63,038 bases of DNA, filler included, from Octopus bimaculoides (GCF_001194135.2; 5 parts of 5 records of this genome joined end to end with filler, not necessarily neighbours in it), one strand, 5' to 3'. Counted from the whole stretch's first letter, positions 28,230 to 40,994 are shown. The notes: generated by a model from the sequence alone, not told the origin. Numbers and translations: made by a program.

Positions 28230-28600
28230 GCTGTAACCTACACCAGTGTCACAAAAACCAGCCCACTCAAAAGTACCTTGGATCGTTTGAAGACTTCTCT
28301 ACTTGTCAGAAATGGGTTCCACACAACTTCCCTTTTCCCACATGACAAAGTACAATTCAAAACAACTCTCAACTTACCCTCATCTGCCCTCGACTGGGCA
28401 GAAATAGGAGACCACATAAATTTCTTCACAGTTCAGTGATCTCTTCCCAGTATTTTTGATATTTCTATGGTTGTTTTTCCTTTTCCATATACTGATACAA
28501 TGGTAAACTTTTCATTCAAGGTAGGATCAAGTTTCTGACCCATAATAACACTTAAATTGGGCACCTGCCTAATAATTTGGGACAGCAGAAATGTTGCTGC
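28230..28600 (-). mobile_element. Tc1-like transposase N-terminal (HTH) remnant
   Basis: MGQKLDPTLNEKFTIV...GKTTIEISKILGRDH*TVKKF...RADEGKLR...KREVVWNPFLTSREVF; upstream aattattaggcag resembles a Tc1 terminal motif. Confidence 0.75.
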
Positions 28601-29574
28601 TACATGATAATGGCCACTGTTTGTTTTCGTTTGCACAGTTCTGATTTATTATAACAGAATTTGCGTAGATAGGTGCTGCCAACAGTCAGTAGGAAAACAA
28701 CTAGTTTTGAACGAATATACATTTATTGAGAGATGGTTGGTTTGCCTAATAATGCGGAACGCAGTATACATATACATACACACACACATATATATATACA
28801 TAAACACACACACACACACATACATATATATATACATACATACACACACACATATACTAGGACAAGGATGCATGGCATTCGATGAGAAGGTCAAGGAGGA
28901 AGAGTGAGAGAGGGAGGGAACGATGAAGGGGAGAGAAGAATAGGGAAAGGGTGAGAAAGAAAAACAGAAAGGAAGAAGAACAAGAGAGGGAGATAGATAG
29001 ACAGAGAAGAGATAGAAGAGTGTGCATTGTAATTATTAATATAAAACTTACTTGGAAAAGGATGCGTAATTTTTCACATTTTAATTTATATACTTATATA
29101 TTGTTGTTGTATGTTATTATAATAGCGTAAGATTGTCTTCGACCTAAATGAGTTTATATATAGAAATAAATTTTGATACTTGTAGACTCTACTTAATTTT
29201 TTGTCCGTTATAATTTTGTTGTTTTTTAACTGTAATTGCTACGCAGTTGAAAAGTTAATGCTCACACTCATAATATACATAGGCATTTGAGTTAATATTT
29301 TCACAATCCAGCTGTCCTTTCACATGGAATTTCGTCTATCTTTAAACCTTAACTCTCATGAGACTTATATAAGTAAATTGAATTATTTATATATCAAAAA
29401 ATGTATTGAAGTCAAAACAAATAGTTGGCTTTTTTGGTTTTCTAATGATATTTTTATGTTATGTTATATTAGATTGTATTATATTAATAGAATATCATGT
29501 TATATTATAATATAAATAAATTATTGGATTGTCAATTGAATCTCTCTATTTAATTTATTGTTTATACATACATA

Positions 29575-29802
29575 CATCATCATCATCATCGTTTAACATC
29601 CGCTTTCCATGCTAGCATGGGTTGGACGATTTGACTGAGGACTGGTGAAACCGGATGGCAACACCAGGCTCCAATCTAATTTGGCAGAGTTTCTACAGCT
29701 GGATGCCCTTCCTAACGCCAACCACTCAGAGAGTGTAGTGGGTGCTTTTACGTGTCACCTGCACGAAAACGGCCACGCTCGAAATGGTGTCTTTTATGTG
29801 CC
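29575..29802 (-). mobile_element. RTE-related non-autonomous retroposon, (GAT)n tail
   Basis: Near-identical to 11063-11330. Confidence 0.8.
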
Positions 29803-29902
29803 NNNNNNNNNNNNNNNNNNNNNNNNNNNNNNNNNNNNNNNNNNNNTTAATTAATTAANNNNNNNNNNNNNNNNNNNNNNNNNNNNNNNNNNNNNNNNNN
29901 NN

Positions 29903-31410
29903 AAGGGCAAGTGCAACAGCGTGGGCAGGAGCAAGTGAACGAGCCAGGTTGGGAGGTTGGGTTGGGGAAGAAGATGTGGACCAAGAGTAGGTTGTGGGCT
30001 CATTTGAAGGAGGGGTGGGGTCGGTTAGAGAAGATGTGTGAGGTGGAGTAGTTGGACTGGAGGCGCCGGAAAGCTTGGAGAATGGTGCGTTGGAGAGGTA
30101 GGGTGGTGGGATGGTAGGTGAGGGAAAAAGGGAGGCGGGAGATGGCAGGGTGAGAGGAGGAGAAGTTAAGATAAGAGTGTGAGTCTGTGTGTTTGTAGTG
30201 GATGGAGGTGGTGAGAGTGGAGTGTTGAATGCTGACCGAAATGTCAAGAAAGGAGACAGAGGTGTCAGAGATAGTGCAGGAGAAGCAGAGGACAGGATGG
30301 AAGGATTTGACAAAAGAGAGGAACAAGTCAAACTGTTTGCGGGAGAATGAGGTGGCACCGATATAGTCGTCAATATAACGGCCATATAATTCGGGAGTAG
30401 GACCAGTGAAACTTGAGAATATTTGGGCCTCAACATAGCAAACGAACAGGTTCACATAGTTGGAGCCCATTCTCGTTCCCATGGCCACTCTCGAGAACTG
30501 CTGGTTGAAATCACTCGTGAACGAGAAGCAGTTGAGTGAAAGGACAAGTTCAGCCAGACGAACGAGTGTGGAGGTGTCGGGTTGTGGGTTGGGGCGTTGG
30601 TCTAGGAAATACTTAAGTGCACGCAGCCCCTCGTCATGAGGGATCACTGACTGTGTAGAGGCTCTGGATGTTGAGGGTGAAAAGAAGCTTAGAAGGGCCA
30701 GGAGGGAAGGAGAAAGAGTTGAACAAATGAAGCACGTGATTGGTGTCATGGATGTGAGAAGGGTGAGAAGCCACTAGGGGGTCAAGGACACAGTCAAGGT
30801 ATTTTGAGATAAGCTCGGTGGGGCAGTTACAGGTGGAGACGATGGGGTGGTCAGGGTTGTTTGGTTTGTGTATTTTGGGGAGGAAGTAAATGGTGGGAGT
30901 GCGGACAATAAGGTTGGAGGCGGTGGCAGGGAGACGGGAGGAGAGGATGAGGTCATGGATAGTGGAGCACACAGTNNNNNNNNNNNNNNNNNNNNNNNNN
31001 NNNNNNNNNNNNNNNNNNNNNNNNNNNNNNNNNNNNNNNNNNNNNNNNNNNNNNNNNNNNNNNNNNNNNNNNNNNNNNNNNNNNNNNNNNNNNNNNNNNN
31101 NNNNNNNNNNNNNNNNNNNNNNNNNNNNNNNNNNNNNNNNNNNNNNNNNNNNNNNNNNNNNNNNNNNNNNNNNNNNNNNNNNNNNNNNNNNNNNNNNNNN
31201 NNNNNNNNNNNNNNNNNNNNNNNNNNNNNNNNNNNNNNNNNNNNNNNNNNNNNNNNNNNNNNNNNNNNNNNNNNNNNNNNNNNNNNNNNNNNNNCAGGAG
31301 CAGGCATCCACTGAGATGGTCGGCGGCCCAGGTCAGTGAAGCAGTCCACTTCATTAGGTGCGGGTGGAGTGTCGCGGAAAAGCACACACAACCTAACAAA
31401 AGACTGGGAA
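29903..31410 (-). mobile_element. Penelope-like retroelement (Neptune-like) RT, frameshifted and gapped
   Basis: IYFLPKIHKPNNP.HPIVS; SLYTVIPHDEGLRAL; VAMGTRMG; RYIDDY; FLDISV; TDSHSYLNFSSSHP; C-terminal FTCSCPRCCTCP. Confidence 0.92.
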
Positions 31411-32229
31411 ATAGTGAGAATTTCTTGGAAAATTCTTATTAACAGCATTTCGGAACTGCAAAGCTAGATTGGATTTAATCTGTTTTCCAAATGGGATAAT
31501 GAACTAGATATTTTTTTATCAGATCCAGGTTTTGTGTGGGTGTTATTATTTCTAAAAAACTTCAATTTACCATTATTATTAAAAAGGGGTTTTAAGTATT
31601 GGTTACCTCCCTTATTATGTAAAAAAGCGTTTGTTTGTATATTATTGTCAACAAGGTTATAATGAGGACAATCATTGCATTTATCGTTACCACCAATTTT
31701 AATATCTTTATTTTCATAGGTAGAAAAAACGTTAGTAGAATTCATGTATCTGACCTTTTCTTTATATCCTACTTTTAGTAAGGCAGAGTTATAAAAGTCA
31801 GCCTCTTTGTTGAAAATATTTACATTTGCCGATAGATTTGACAATCTGAGTGATATGTTCCTAACTAAATTTCTGGTTACCATTCTAGGATGATTGCTAA
31901 AGTAGCTAATATACTTCAGATTAGTGGAGGGTTTATGGTAAGGGAAATAAGTATTGGTGTGTAGGTCTAGAGTAACATCAAGGAAATTGGCTATGGAGAT
32001 TTCTTCCTCAAAAACGATGCCAAAACCCATTCTTCGGAAAAAACCTGACTAATCTGTTCTTAACTTTTTGTAGTTGTTGGTTTGTGGCATTTTGGAGATA
32101 GAGCAAACAGTCATCTTGATATAGACCTCCCCTAAAGGTTGGGAATTGGCCTGCCATCTCATAGAGAATATATGTGCAGACCAAGTCGGCTATCTGTGCT
32201 GAGTCAGAACTTCCCATAGGCATTACCAT
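31410..32229 (-). mobile_element. Penelope-like retroelement (Naiad-like) RT C-half
   Basis: PMGSSDSAQIADLV; GLYQDDCL; FLDVTLDL; PYHKP...SNHP; RLSNLS; I*FIIPFGKQIKSN...NKNFP. Confidence 0.88.
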
Positions 32230-32370
32230 TATAACAATAACAACACAGATAATAACCTAAATAACAATAATTATAATAAGAAATATAATAATAATAATTA
32301 CCACAACAACATTATTATTTCGGAAGTTAATAACAACAGAATTAGTTCTTTAAGTGAAAATGCGAAATCC

Positions 32371-32739
32371 ATGAACACTGTATATCAATGTAAAGTTACC
32401 ACCTCTACTGATGTATCTTTTTATATTGGTTACTCATCCTCACGGATATCTAAAAGAATTTCAAACCATCATTCTACATTTCGGGATACAAATAAACGCG
32501 ACAGCACAGGTCTTAGTAAGTTAATTTGGGAACTTTAGGATAACAATAAGCGATTTAATTTAGACTGGTTAATTCTCTCTACATCAATACCATACGATAA
32601 AGGTAAGGAATTTTGCCCGTTATGTAATATGGAACTGTTCTTCATTTTATTCTTGAAGAATAAACTGGTTAATACGATTATTGAAAAAGCATATAAAAGT
32701 AAACATTGGCAAAGACATACATTTAGTTCATATAAGTAA
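32371..32739 (+). pseudogene. GIY-YIG endonuclease segment of a Naiad-like PLE, inverted relative to the adjacent RT; one in-frame TAG at 32536
   Basis: MNTVYQCKV...FYIGYSS...KRISNHHSTFR...STGLSKLIWEL*...CPLCNME...KHWQRH; absent from the ORF track because of the internal stop. Confidence 0.85.
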
Positions 32740-33236
32740 CTCCTACAAATTTATATAACTGGTACAACTTACCTATTTATTTATTTATTTATTTATTTAC
32801 ATACTTCAAGCTATACAAGTTAATTATACCATTATATGTTATCTGAATACTTTTTATCTTTTGAATCCAAATTAGGACATCCAGCACTTCTATATAACAT
32901 GAACTTAAACATTACTTTCAATATAACATAACATAAACATTACTTTCAACAATGATCAATATGATGTGTCTCCACAACTTTATACCTTTGATTTCATTGT
33001 TCCTTCTTACATCTATCTCCTTAGCCGCCAACACTTCCTTCGGCAAAGATAGGGGTAATTTATCCTGTTCAGGCTATATTATTAGCATTATCCGGCGTTT
33101 GAGAATTTTAAATCACTTCTTTAACTTTCTAACACATCTCAACGCTTCTAAAAGCAAACTTAGTTTGCTTGTTTACGTTTATCATAATTTGAATTCAAAA
33201 TATATAAATATATTCTTTTCCCTACTTTATTACATA

Positions 33237-33327
33237 CTAGCAGAAATACCCGGCGTTGCCCGGGTTAAAGAGAATAATGAAATCTAAAAACGCCGTCTAG
33301 ACTACGCATCATCTTTATATATAGAGA
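33237..33327 (-). mobile_element. Complete 91-bp non-autonomous Helitron
   Basis: Minus strand A|TCTCTATATATAAAG...ACCCGGGCAACGCCGGGT ATTTCTG CTAG|T: 5' TC, 3' hairpin plus CTAG, A/T insertion site. Confidence 0.88.
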
Positions 33328-33686
33328 TGTATATACACACACGCACCGAAACACACGTTTATATATGTATATCAATATAAATATATGAAAGTCAATGAAG
33401 TTTCGTAAAAGAAGGTGATCATGTACATACTTTCTTGCTGTTGTGATTATAACACCTCGTTGTAAACAATGTTCCTTGTTTTCCCTTGTGGAGCATATAC
33501 AAATAGGTTTTTTTTGCTGCCCACTCTTGAGCAGCCAACATACAGTTGTCCATGTGAGAAGCAGGGCTCTNNNNNNNNNNNNNNNNNNNNNNNNNNNNNN
33601 NNNNNNNNNNNNNNTTAATTAATTAANNNNNNNNNNNNNNNNNNNNNNNNNNNNNNNNNNNNNNNNNNNNATATATACATACGTAC

Positions 33687-33719
<33 letters not shown>

Positions 33720-33748
33720 GTGAGACAGATAAAGAGGAGAAAACAGAT

Positions 33749-36560
33749 AGAAGTGGATAGAAACAAGGAAGATACATCATATTTATGTACGTGCATATAT
33801 AGTGAATGCAAGCATGTTTGCATGGATAAAATGATGGCAAGTGTCTTTTACTATAGCTTAGGGTCAATAGGTGTCTTGTCAGTGACATTTGGTATTTTTG
33901 ATGGTGAGCACTCCAGATAGTGTAACTTTCTTGCATGATAATGGAAAACCCCATCAAATTGGAAGCCTGTCGTTAAACAAATTCCAAGGAGATAACAATC
34001 ATCAAAGTTTTCAAATATTTAGTGATTCTCATCAATCCTATGACCCGATAATGTACGTATACGGGTCGATTTTTTTTTTTGGGGGGGGGAGACCCTGATA
34101 GCGGGAATCTCAAAATACTAAACTAAACAAGCAATAGAAAAGTTAATTTTATTCCATTCAGATAATATATTGCATAACAGACAGTCTCTGTTCTAACAAT
34201 TGCATGTTGGTTAATGTTTCAAAGTCTAATCTGCTCGATTGCAGTATATTCGAAACAATCAATAGACCCTACAAGTATGCCTTGAAAGATCACATGATGT
34301 CTTGAAGACCCCGATAGAGGGTATCTCAATATATTAAGCCAATAGAATATATTAAGTCAATAGAAAAGTGAGACGCTTTTAATCTTATTCCAATCAGATA
34401 ATATATTTCATATTACATCGAGAAGCACAGACTTGGTGGTAGAAAAAAACCAAGTTGTTCTTTGTCCTACAGAATTTTTGAATTCACAAAATATAAATGA
34501 TCTATCTCCTCACATCGTCAAAATCAAGATAGGAGCTTTAGTAATGGATTTCCGAAACTGAGACCAGATAAATAGCCACTGCACTGGTACTCTATACACG
34601 TTAAAAATATATATTAGCGACTGAGACAGTATTAATACTGAAAGATAATGTTTATCCCCATTTAAGGGTAGATGTTCTGTTAAAACAAAGGGAGAAGACG
34701 GATGGAAGTGGACAGAAACAGGGAAGATACATCATATTTATGTACGTGCATATATAGTGGATGCAAGCATGTTTGCATGGATAAAATGCTGGCAAGTGCG
34801 TTTTACTATAGCTTAGGATCAACAGATGCCTTGTCAGCGAAATTTGGTTGTTTTGATGGTGAATACTCCAAATGGTGTGTCCGAGATGCCATTGGGATTT
34901 TACCCTTCAAGTTCTAACTGGCTTCTAAACGTGACAGCTAGTAAACCTGACAAGCTTAGAGTAGAAGGGAGATGATACAGAGACAGCGAAAGAGATTGAA
35001 GTGTGAGAAACAGTTACATACGTATGTATTGTATGAATACACACACGTATATACGTATATATTTATATAACTGTGTGTGTAAATATACAGGTATATCATA
35101 CCTGTATGATGTACCTGTATGGTGGTCTGGCGGATGCAATCATTGCAAGTGACGCCGTTTGGACTGGAAGACGATACCTTCTCTCAAACACATTTACAAG
35201 CAGTCTCAGACTATCAAGATCTGATGGTTATCAAAAGAAAATTCTGGAAACCAACATTATCTCAGCTAAGAAAATTTTACTTTCCGTCTGATCTTCTAAA
35301 TTTATATGTGATTCGCGACAATCCTATTTAAGATTTCCTACATCACAGAAGAGAAACAATGACTATTGAAAATACAACAAAAGCCGCTGTTAATGACATG
35401 ATGTGTGCACTAAATAACGAGTTGATTCAGTATGAGCGTTCTATTGTTTATTATGATTTTCCAGCTGCAGACGACCAGCAACAAAATGTGCTTGTTAATT
35501 CAAATGAACTAGATACTTCAGACAAAGCCTGTAACAACAATCAGATAAATATGCTCAATAACGAACAGAGAGATGTTTTGAGACAATTAAAAGAAAAATT
35601 GAAAACAATGAATGTGGAGGAACAGCAAAATCTTTTCTGCTGAACTCGCCAAATACAGGCAAATACGATCGAATGGGTAAGGTACTGGTATTGCAGCTAT
35701 ACAGTCTATTTGATTCCGGTAAAAATGTACACCAACCTATCATAAATATCTTTATGCAAGCGGTCATCTTCTTTACTATATTCAGCATTGGCGTCGGTCG
35801 AGTCTCCATAATTCTACCGACATCTTCTTGAAGTTTTGAATAGCATCCTTCAAAATATAATGAACTGGTATTAATTATTACCCTGATGGTAATTATTAGT
35901 CCCCAGTAGAGATTTTCACCAAATTCTCCTAGCCGTCTGTAGAGCTAGACGATTTTAGCTAATTAATGCATACAGGAAAAGGTATTCTATTTGGAATGAA
36001 TGCGAGGTTTTGCAATCCAAACATATATACGAGTTTTTAATTGTTTAAACAATGATTTTACTGCATTTAATGTTCTAAACCACCATCCAAACTGTTGCTG
36101 GAACTGGGCGAAGAAATAATAATACTGAAACAACTTTCAAGACACCATTGTGATTTTGCCCTTCCTAACAGCGAATGCCAAAGATTTGATTCGATTTACT
36201 TATTCCGATGTAGCAATACACGTGTCTATTCTAACAACAAAAAAATGATGAGATTGTTCAACTAGACGATGAAATTACGAACAAACTTCATAGAAGTGTG
36301 ATTACACCGAGAAGCACAGATTTGGTGGCAAGTTGTTCTTTGTCCTATTTTTGAATTCACAAAACATAAATTATCTATTTCCTCACATCGTAAAAATCAA
36401 AATAGGAACTTTAGTAATGGTTTTCCAACATTGAGACCACAGAAATAGCCACTGCACTGTTACCCAATACACTTTAAAATATATATATATTAGCAACAGA
36501 AGCAGTATTAATAACGAGTGGTAATATTTATCCCCACTTAAACGTGGATGCTCTGTTAGA
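33749..36560 (+). mobile_element. Rearranged Helitron RepHel helicase relic with internal duplications
   Basis: QINMLNNEQRDVL (LNxEQ); DLIRFTYSDV; two copies of SPHIVKIKIGALVM.FRN...HCTGT (resembles PPH.L.LK.G.P.MLLRN..GLCNGT) at about 34418-34685 and 36308-36560. Confidence 0.65.
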
Positions 36561-36770
36561 AAAAACCACACTACGGTAGATACCATGAGAGAAACTCTCA
36601 TATAGGCTTTCGGTGCAAAATACACTCTTGTTTATGTCGCTAGCTGATGCAAAATGCAAAATAGGGCTAGCGATATAAACATGAGTGCATTTCGCACCAA
36701 AAGCCAATATGAGAATTTCTCTCATGATATCTACCGCATGAGAGACAGAACATCCACGTTTAAGTGGGGG
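36531..36770. mobile_element. Foldback MITE, TA-flanked
   Basis: Left and right arms are near-perfect reverse complements (ccccacttaaacgtggatg / catccacgtttaagtgggg; cggtagata..gctagc / gctagc..tatctaccg). Confidence 0.8.
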
Positions 36771-37197
36771 TAAATATTAACTCTATACGCGGTTCTCAAC
36801 GCTACAGACAATTTATTTGACATCAGCAGACTTAATGAAGTTGACGCTGTAAAGATACAAAAGATTCCTTGGATATCTCTGACACCGATTTACCATTTAC
36901 TCTAAAAACAATGCAATTTCTTGCAATTTCCGAAATATACGGCCTAGTCAATAAATAAGACAAGGGTAAAATTTAAACGTATGCGGATTGTGTCTCCCGA
37001 TTCTAGTGTTCATATGCGGACAGTTATATGCTGCTATAAACATACTGAGTGATCCAACAAACCTTAGAATAATTTCAGATGCAATAGGATTCAAACATAT
37101 GGTCAGAAAGACACATCAAAATAAAGAAAACAGAACTTTAACGAGAAACATTGTTTTTAGAAATATCTAAATATATTCAAATATTGCAGAATGTATA

Positions 37198-38086
37198 CGA
37201 AGCGGTATCAAAAATTTCCCGGACTAGTTCTCTAGCGTGCCAGCAGATGCCAGCACAGGGTTGCGTGTGCAGTGTGACCTAGAAGTGAGCATCATGAGGC
37301 AGTGTGCAGAGTGACATCACTGTGTTTACTTCGCAAGTTGTGAAATTTGTCTTTTTGTGATCACGTGTATGCTGTAGTCTGCGATTTTGTCATGGACAAG
37401 AAGTTGAAACAAAGAGCCAACGTGAAATTTTGCGTCAAACCTGGAAAGTCTGCTACAGAGACATTGAGCATGTTTTGGCAAGCTTACGGCGACAAGGCAA
37501 TGGATCGTACGCAATGTTTAGAGTGGCACAGGCGCTTCAAAATAGGAAGAACGCCTGTGGAAGACGACGAGCGGTCTGAAAGAGCTGCCACGAGCGTCAC
37601 CCCCGGAAGTGTAGTGCATCGAGAATTCGTCCCCCAGGGCCAAACTGTCAATCGGGAGTTCTACTGCGACTTTTTGAAACGTTTGGGGGAGGACATTCGG
37701 TGAAAGCGACTGGATCTGTGGAGCACGAAGAATTGGATTCTTCACGGAGCTCTCCTCATTCGTGAGTTTTTAGCCAAAAACATGGTATCGCTTCCGCACC
37801 CACCCTATTCGCCTGATTTAACACCTGTGGACTTTCATCTCTTCCCTAACATGAAAATACTGCTCAAAGGTCACCGTCTTAACATCGTTGTCGAGATCCA
37901 GAGCGAATCGGAAACGGTTTGCTTACGGAAAGCAACCTTCAGGCCGGATTCCAAAAGTAGCAGAAACGCTGGGACCGGTGTATTGCTGCACAAGGTGACT
38001 ATTTCGAAGCAGACGGATGTTAAAACTTAGGTGAATAAGTTATTTATTTAATATAACTAGTCTGGGAACATTTTGATACCACCTCG
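37198..38086 (+). mobile_element. Internally deleted mariner with both TIRs
   Basis: TA|cgaagcggtatcaaaaatttcccggactagtt ... aactagtctgggaacattttgataccacctcg; QRANVKFCVK.GKSATET; VVHREFVPQGQTVN; PHPPYSPDLTP.DFHLFP. Confidence 0.92.
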
Positions 38087-38339
38087 AATACTGACTTTAC
38101 AGAATAATTAATAAGATAAGTTTTAAATTAACAAGATTAACAGTGTAACCTTCATAGACAAAGACAGCTTATATTTCAATAATTTCCGTAAATAAAACAG
38201 CGCTTGATGTAACATTTATTTTTATGAAAATGAAAATAGAGCTAAACTCCATACACTCTATATTTCTCTGTATTTAAACTGAATATATTTTATATTGGAT
38301 GAAGCATTTTAAACAGAAGCTGGGCTCTGGTTCAGGAAT

Positions 38340-40490
38340 TCCAAAGTTTTGAGGAGCGTGAAACCACCTCTTAGCATTTATTGTTCCCAAATTTATTTTC
38401 ACCTGTAGCACCTGTCAGGACCCCAAGTATGGGTTAACTAATATATATCTCATGGGCAGGATGGGGCTCTTTCATCTTGAACGACAACCCCTCTTCAGGA
38501 GACTGAAACTCCAAAATCAGACTAGGATTACAGAAGTCCTTTATTCTTGGGTGGAAATCCCTTTAATGATAGTGTTACAAACAAAATACTGTTTGGTGGA
38601 AAACCTAAAACACACCCCTCGAACTTGAGAGAAAAATGCGAAATACAAATGAAATAAATAACGACGTGAATGAAACTGGAACCAAGAATGGTGAAGCTGT
38701 CATGTCCGGCAGGTGTCCCGCTGTGCAGTAGGATGGGCCGGTCATCAACCAGTAACAGCTATCCAACAAGTAAGACTGAATTGGAGCAAACAAGTGAATA
38801 TTATAGTTATTGGAAGCTAATATTTTAGTAAGCTTGTTGATGAAAATGGAAGATTAATCAGTGAATACAGAACAATGGAAGGGAAAAAGAATATTTGAAA
38901 CCCCTGAACTGAGAATATGCGATCAATTTAAAACGATTAGAAAGACTGAGTGGCTAAATGATGTCGAACTTGAGCTAATTAGAAGAATGGTTCTTGACAT
39001 AGAGAGTGAAAGATTTGAAGAAATGGAAAATGGGAGGATGGAAATGCGACAAATGAAAGAACTTTAAAGGAAGCTGCTTATGATGTGTCACATAAGGAGC
39101 TTGCTCACGTGATGAATGTGTTTGAAGAAGAAGAACTTACACAGGAACAGAAAACACCGTGCAACGGGATAATAGCCGAACTTAGAAAAGAGGACAATGA
39201 CTATATCTGTAACCTAGGGAAGGTTGATCAGTGGTACTTTTAAAGCAGGAGACAATGAAAGTGAATGAAGTTCGAAAGTACATCCATACAAGCAATATTT
39301 CAGAGGCTTATAATTTGCTCAGAGTAGAAAGTATTACAGAAGCCGAGAATGTAGGCGTGGCCGCAAAGAAATCGACAAGAAAGACCAAACAAAAGCACAC
39401 AGACGTGGTGGAAAAGACGAATGCAGTAAGGCATTGAAACATTTGTGTTGGGCAGAAAAATCAACGACACCCTTAGAAATGAGCAGAAGAATGATAGACT
39501 GAAGAGAAAACATGACATAGAAAGAAAGAGGCTTTTGATTGTATTTTTAAAAAAACTGAAACAACGTGTGATTGCAAAGAAACCAAAAGTATCAAGATAT
39601 GATCAACGAATTAAACAACCCCAATGTAACAAGCTCTTCAGAATAGACCAAAAGAAGTTTTGCAAGAAAATTAATGGAGAATTGGTAGGATAAGCGTTAG
39701 TCCCAAATGAACAGGAATGTAAAACTTCTTTAGTAATATTTGGAGTAAAAGGGGAGAGCACAGCAAAAAGGCTGAATGGTTAAAAGATCTGAAGAGAGCC
39801 TCTGTAAATCCGAGACAGACAGAAATTATAATTACAGGGAGATATTCGAGAAAGAAGTAAACGTATAACTAGAATTCGCCAGACCCAGACAGAGTACAGT
39901 GATATTGAATAAAAAATTTAAAGTGGTGCCACGCAAAGATTGCAGTACAGTTTAACGTTTTGGTAGAGAATTGGAGAGGAAATACCAGAGTGGCTGATAT
40001 AGACAGAACAATTTTATGCATGAAGAACTTGGTGAAAGAAAATGCTGTCGAGAGCTACAGATCAATATTTTGCTTACTTCTCATGTGGAAGCTATTGACA
40101 GTGGTAATTGCAGATAAGATATACACACACTTGGATAAGCAGATGGGCAGTAAACGAAAATGTAGAGGTGCTAAAGATCAGTTGCTAAGTGATATGACAG
40201 TACCAAGTGGCTGCAAAAGAAGGGAGGCTAATCTGGCAATATCATGGATTGAATACCCTTAGGCATATGATTTGGTCTCACATTCATGGATTAGAGAATG
40301 CCTAAACATACTTGAAATTGCAAATAATATAGAAAATTTTCTGGGATAAAGTATAGAAACATGGAAGACAGATTTTTCATGTGATAAACAAAGTTTTTTA
40401 AAATTTCAAGGAGATGGTTTGCCTCCATTGTTGTTTGTAGTGTGCAATGATCTTGAAAAGAACTAAAGCAGGGTGTGAGTTTAGGGGACA
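38340..40490 (+). mobile_element. R4/Dong-type RLE retrotransposon, 5' part (N-terminal domain and RT), heavily mutated
   Basis: RICDQFKTIRKTEWLNDVELELIRR; SRYDQRIKQ..NKLFRIDQKKF; YRSIFCLLLMWKLLT; CRGAKDQLL; NLAISWIEY; FQGDGLPPLLFV. Confidence 0.88.
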
Positions 40491-40740
40491 TCTGGATGTC
40501 TTGAGAGAAAATTCGTACAGATTGAATAAGGGGGTCCAATTGACGACTGCTAGCTCCGTAATGCATCAAATCATCCGTTAACATCAGATGATTGATTGGT
40601 TTCATGTTTCCCCGCAGTTTGTAACCAGCTAACCTCTTTCTCTTGCACCCTTTCTGTTCATCCGCTACAGTTCATTTCTTTTAAGATGGTCGTACAATTT
40701 ATTTCCAGTTAGAAGTTTACACATCATAAGTAAACAACCA
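40487..40740 (-). mobile_element. Second R4/Dong-type RT fragment in opposite orientation
   Basis: CKLLTGNKLYDHL...AGYKLRGNMKPINHLMLTDDLMHYGASSRQLDPLIQSVRIFSQDIQM. Confidence 0.8.
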
Positions 40741-40779
40741 ATCGGACGATAGTTACTGACCGCGGTAGCCTCCGATGGA

Positions 40780-40994
40780 TCCTTTTCTATCAACAGTTCT
40801 TCCTTTGACCATCTATTCTAAGTGTACGCAGCTTTGCAGGAGTTTTTGTAGTTGAAGATGTACATTCGTCAAAATTTTGAGCCCAAATCCCTGAATTAGA
40901 TCCGGGCCAGCTACCTTCCAATTTCTCATCTTACCAGCTCCGGCTTGAGTACCTTCCAACGTGATGACAATGTCCTTCTACCCCCATGGCTTTG

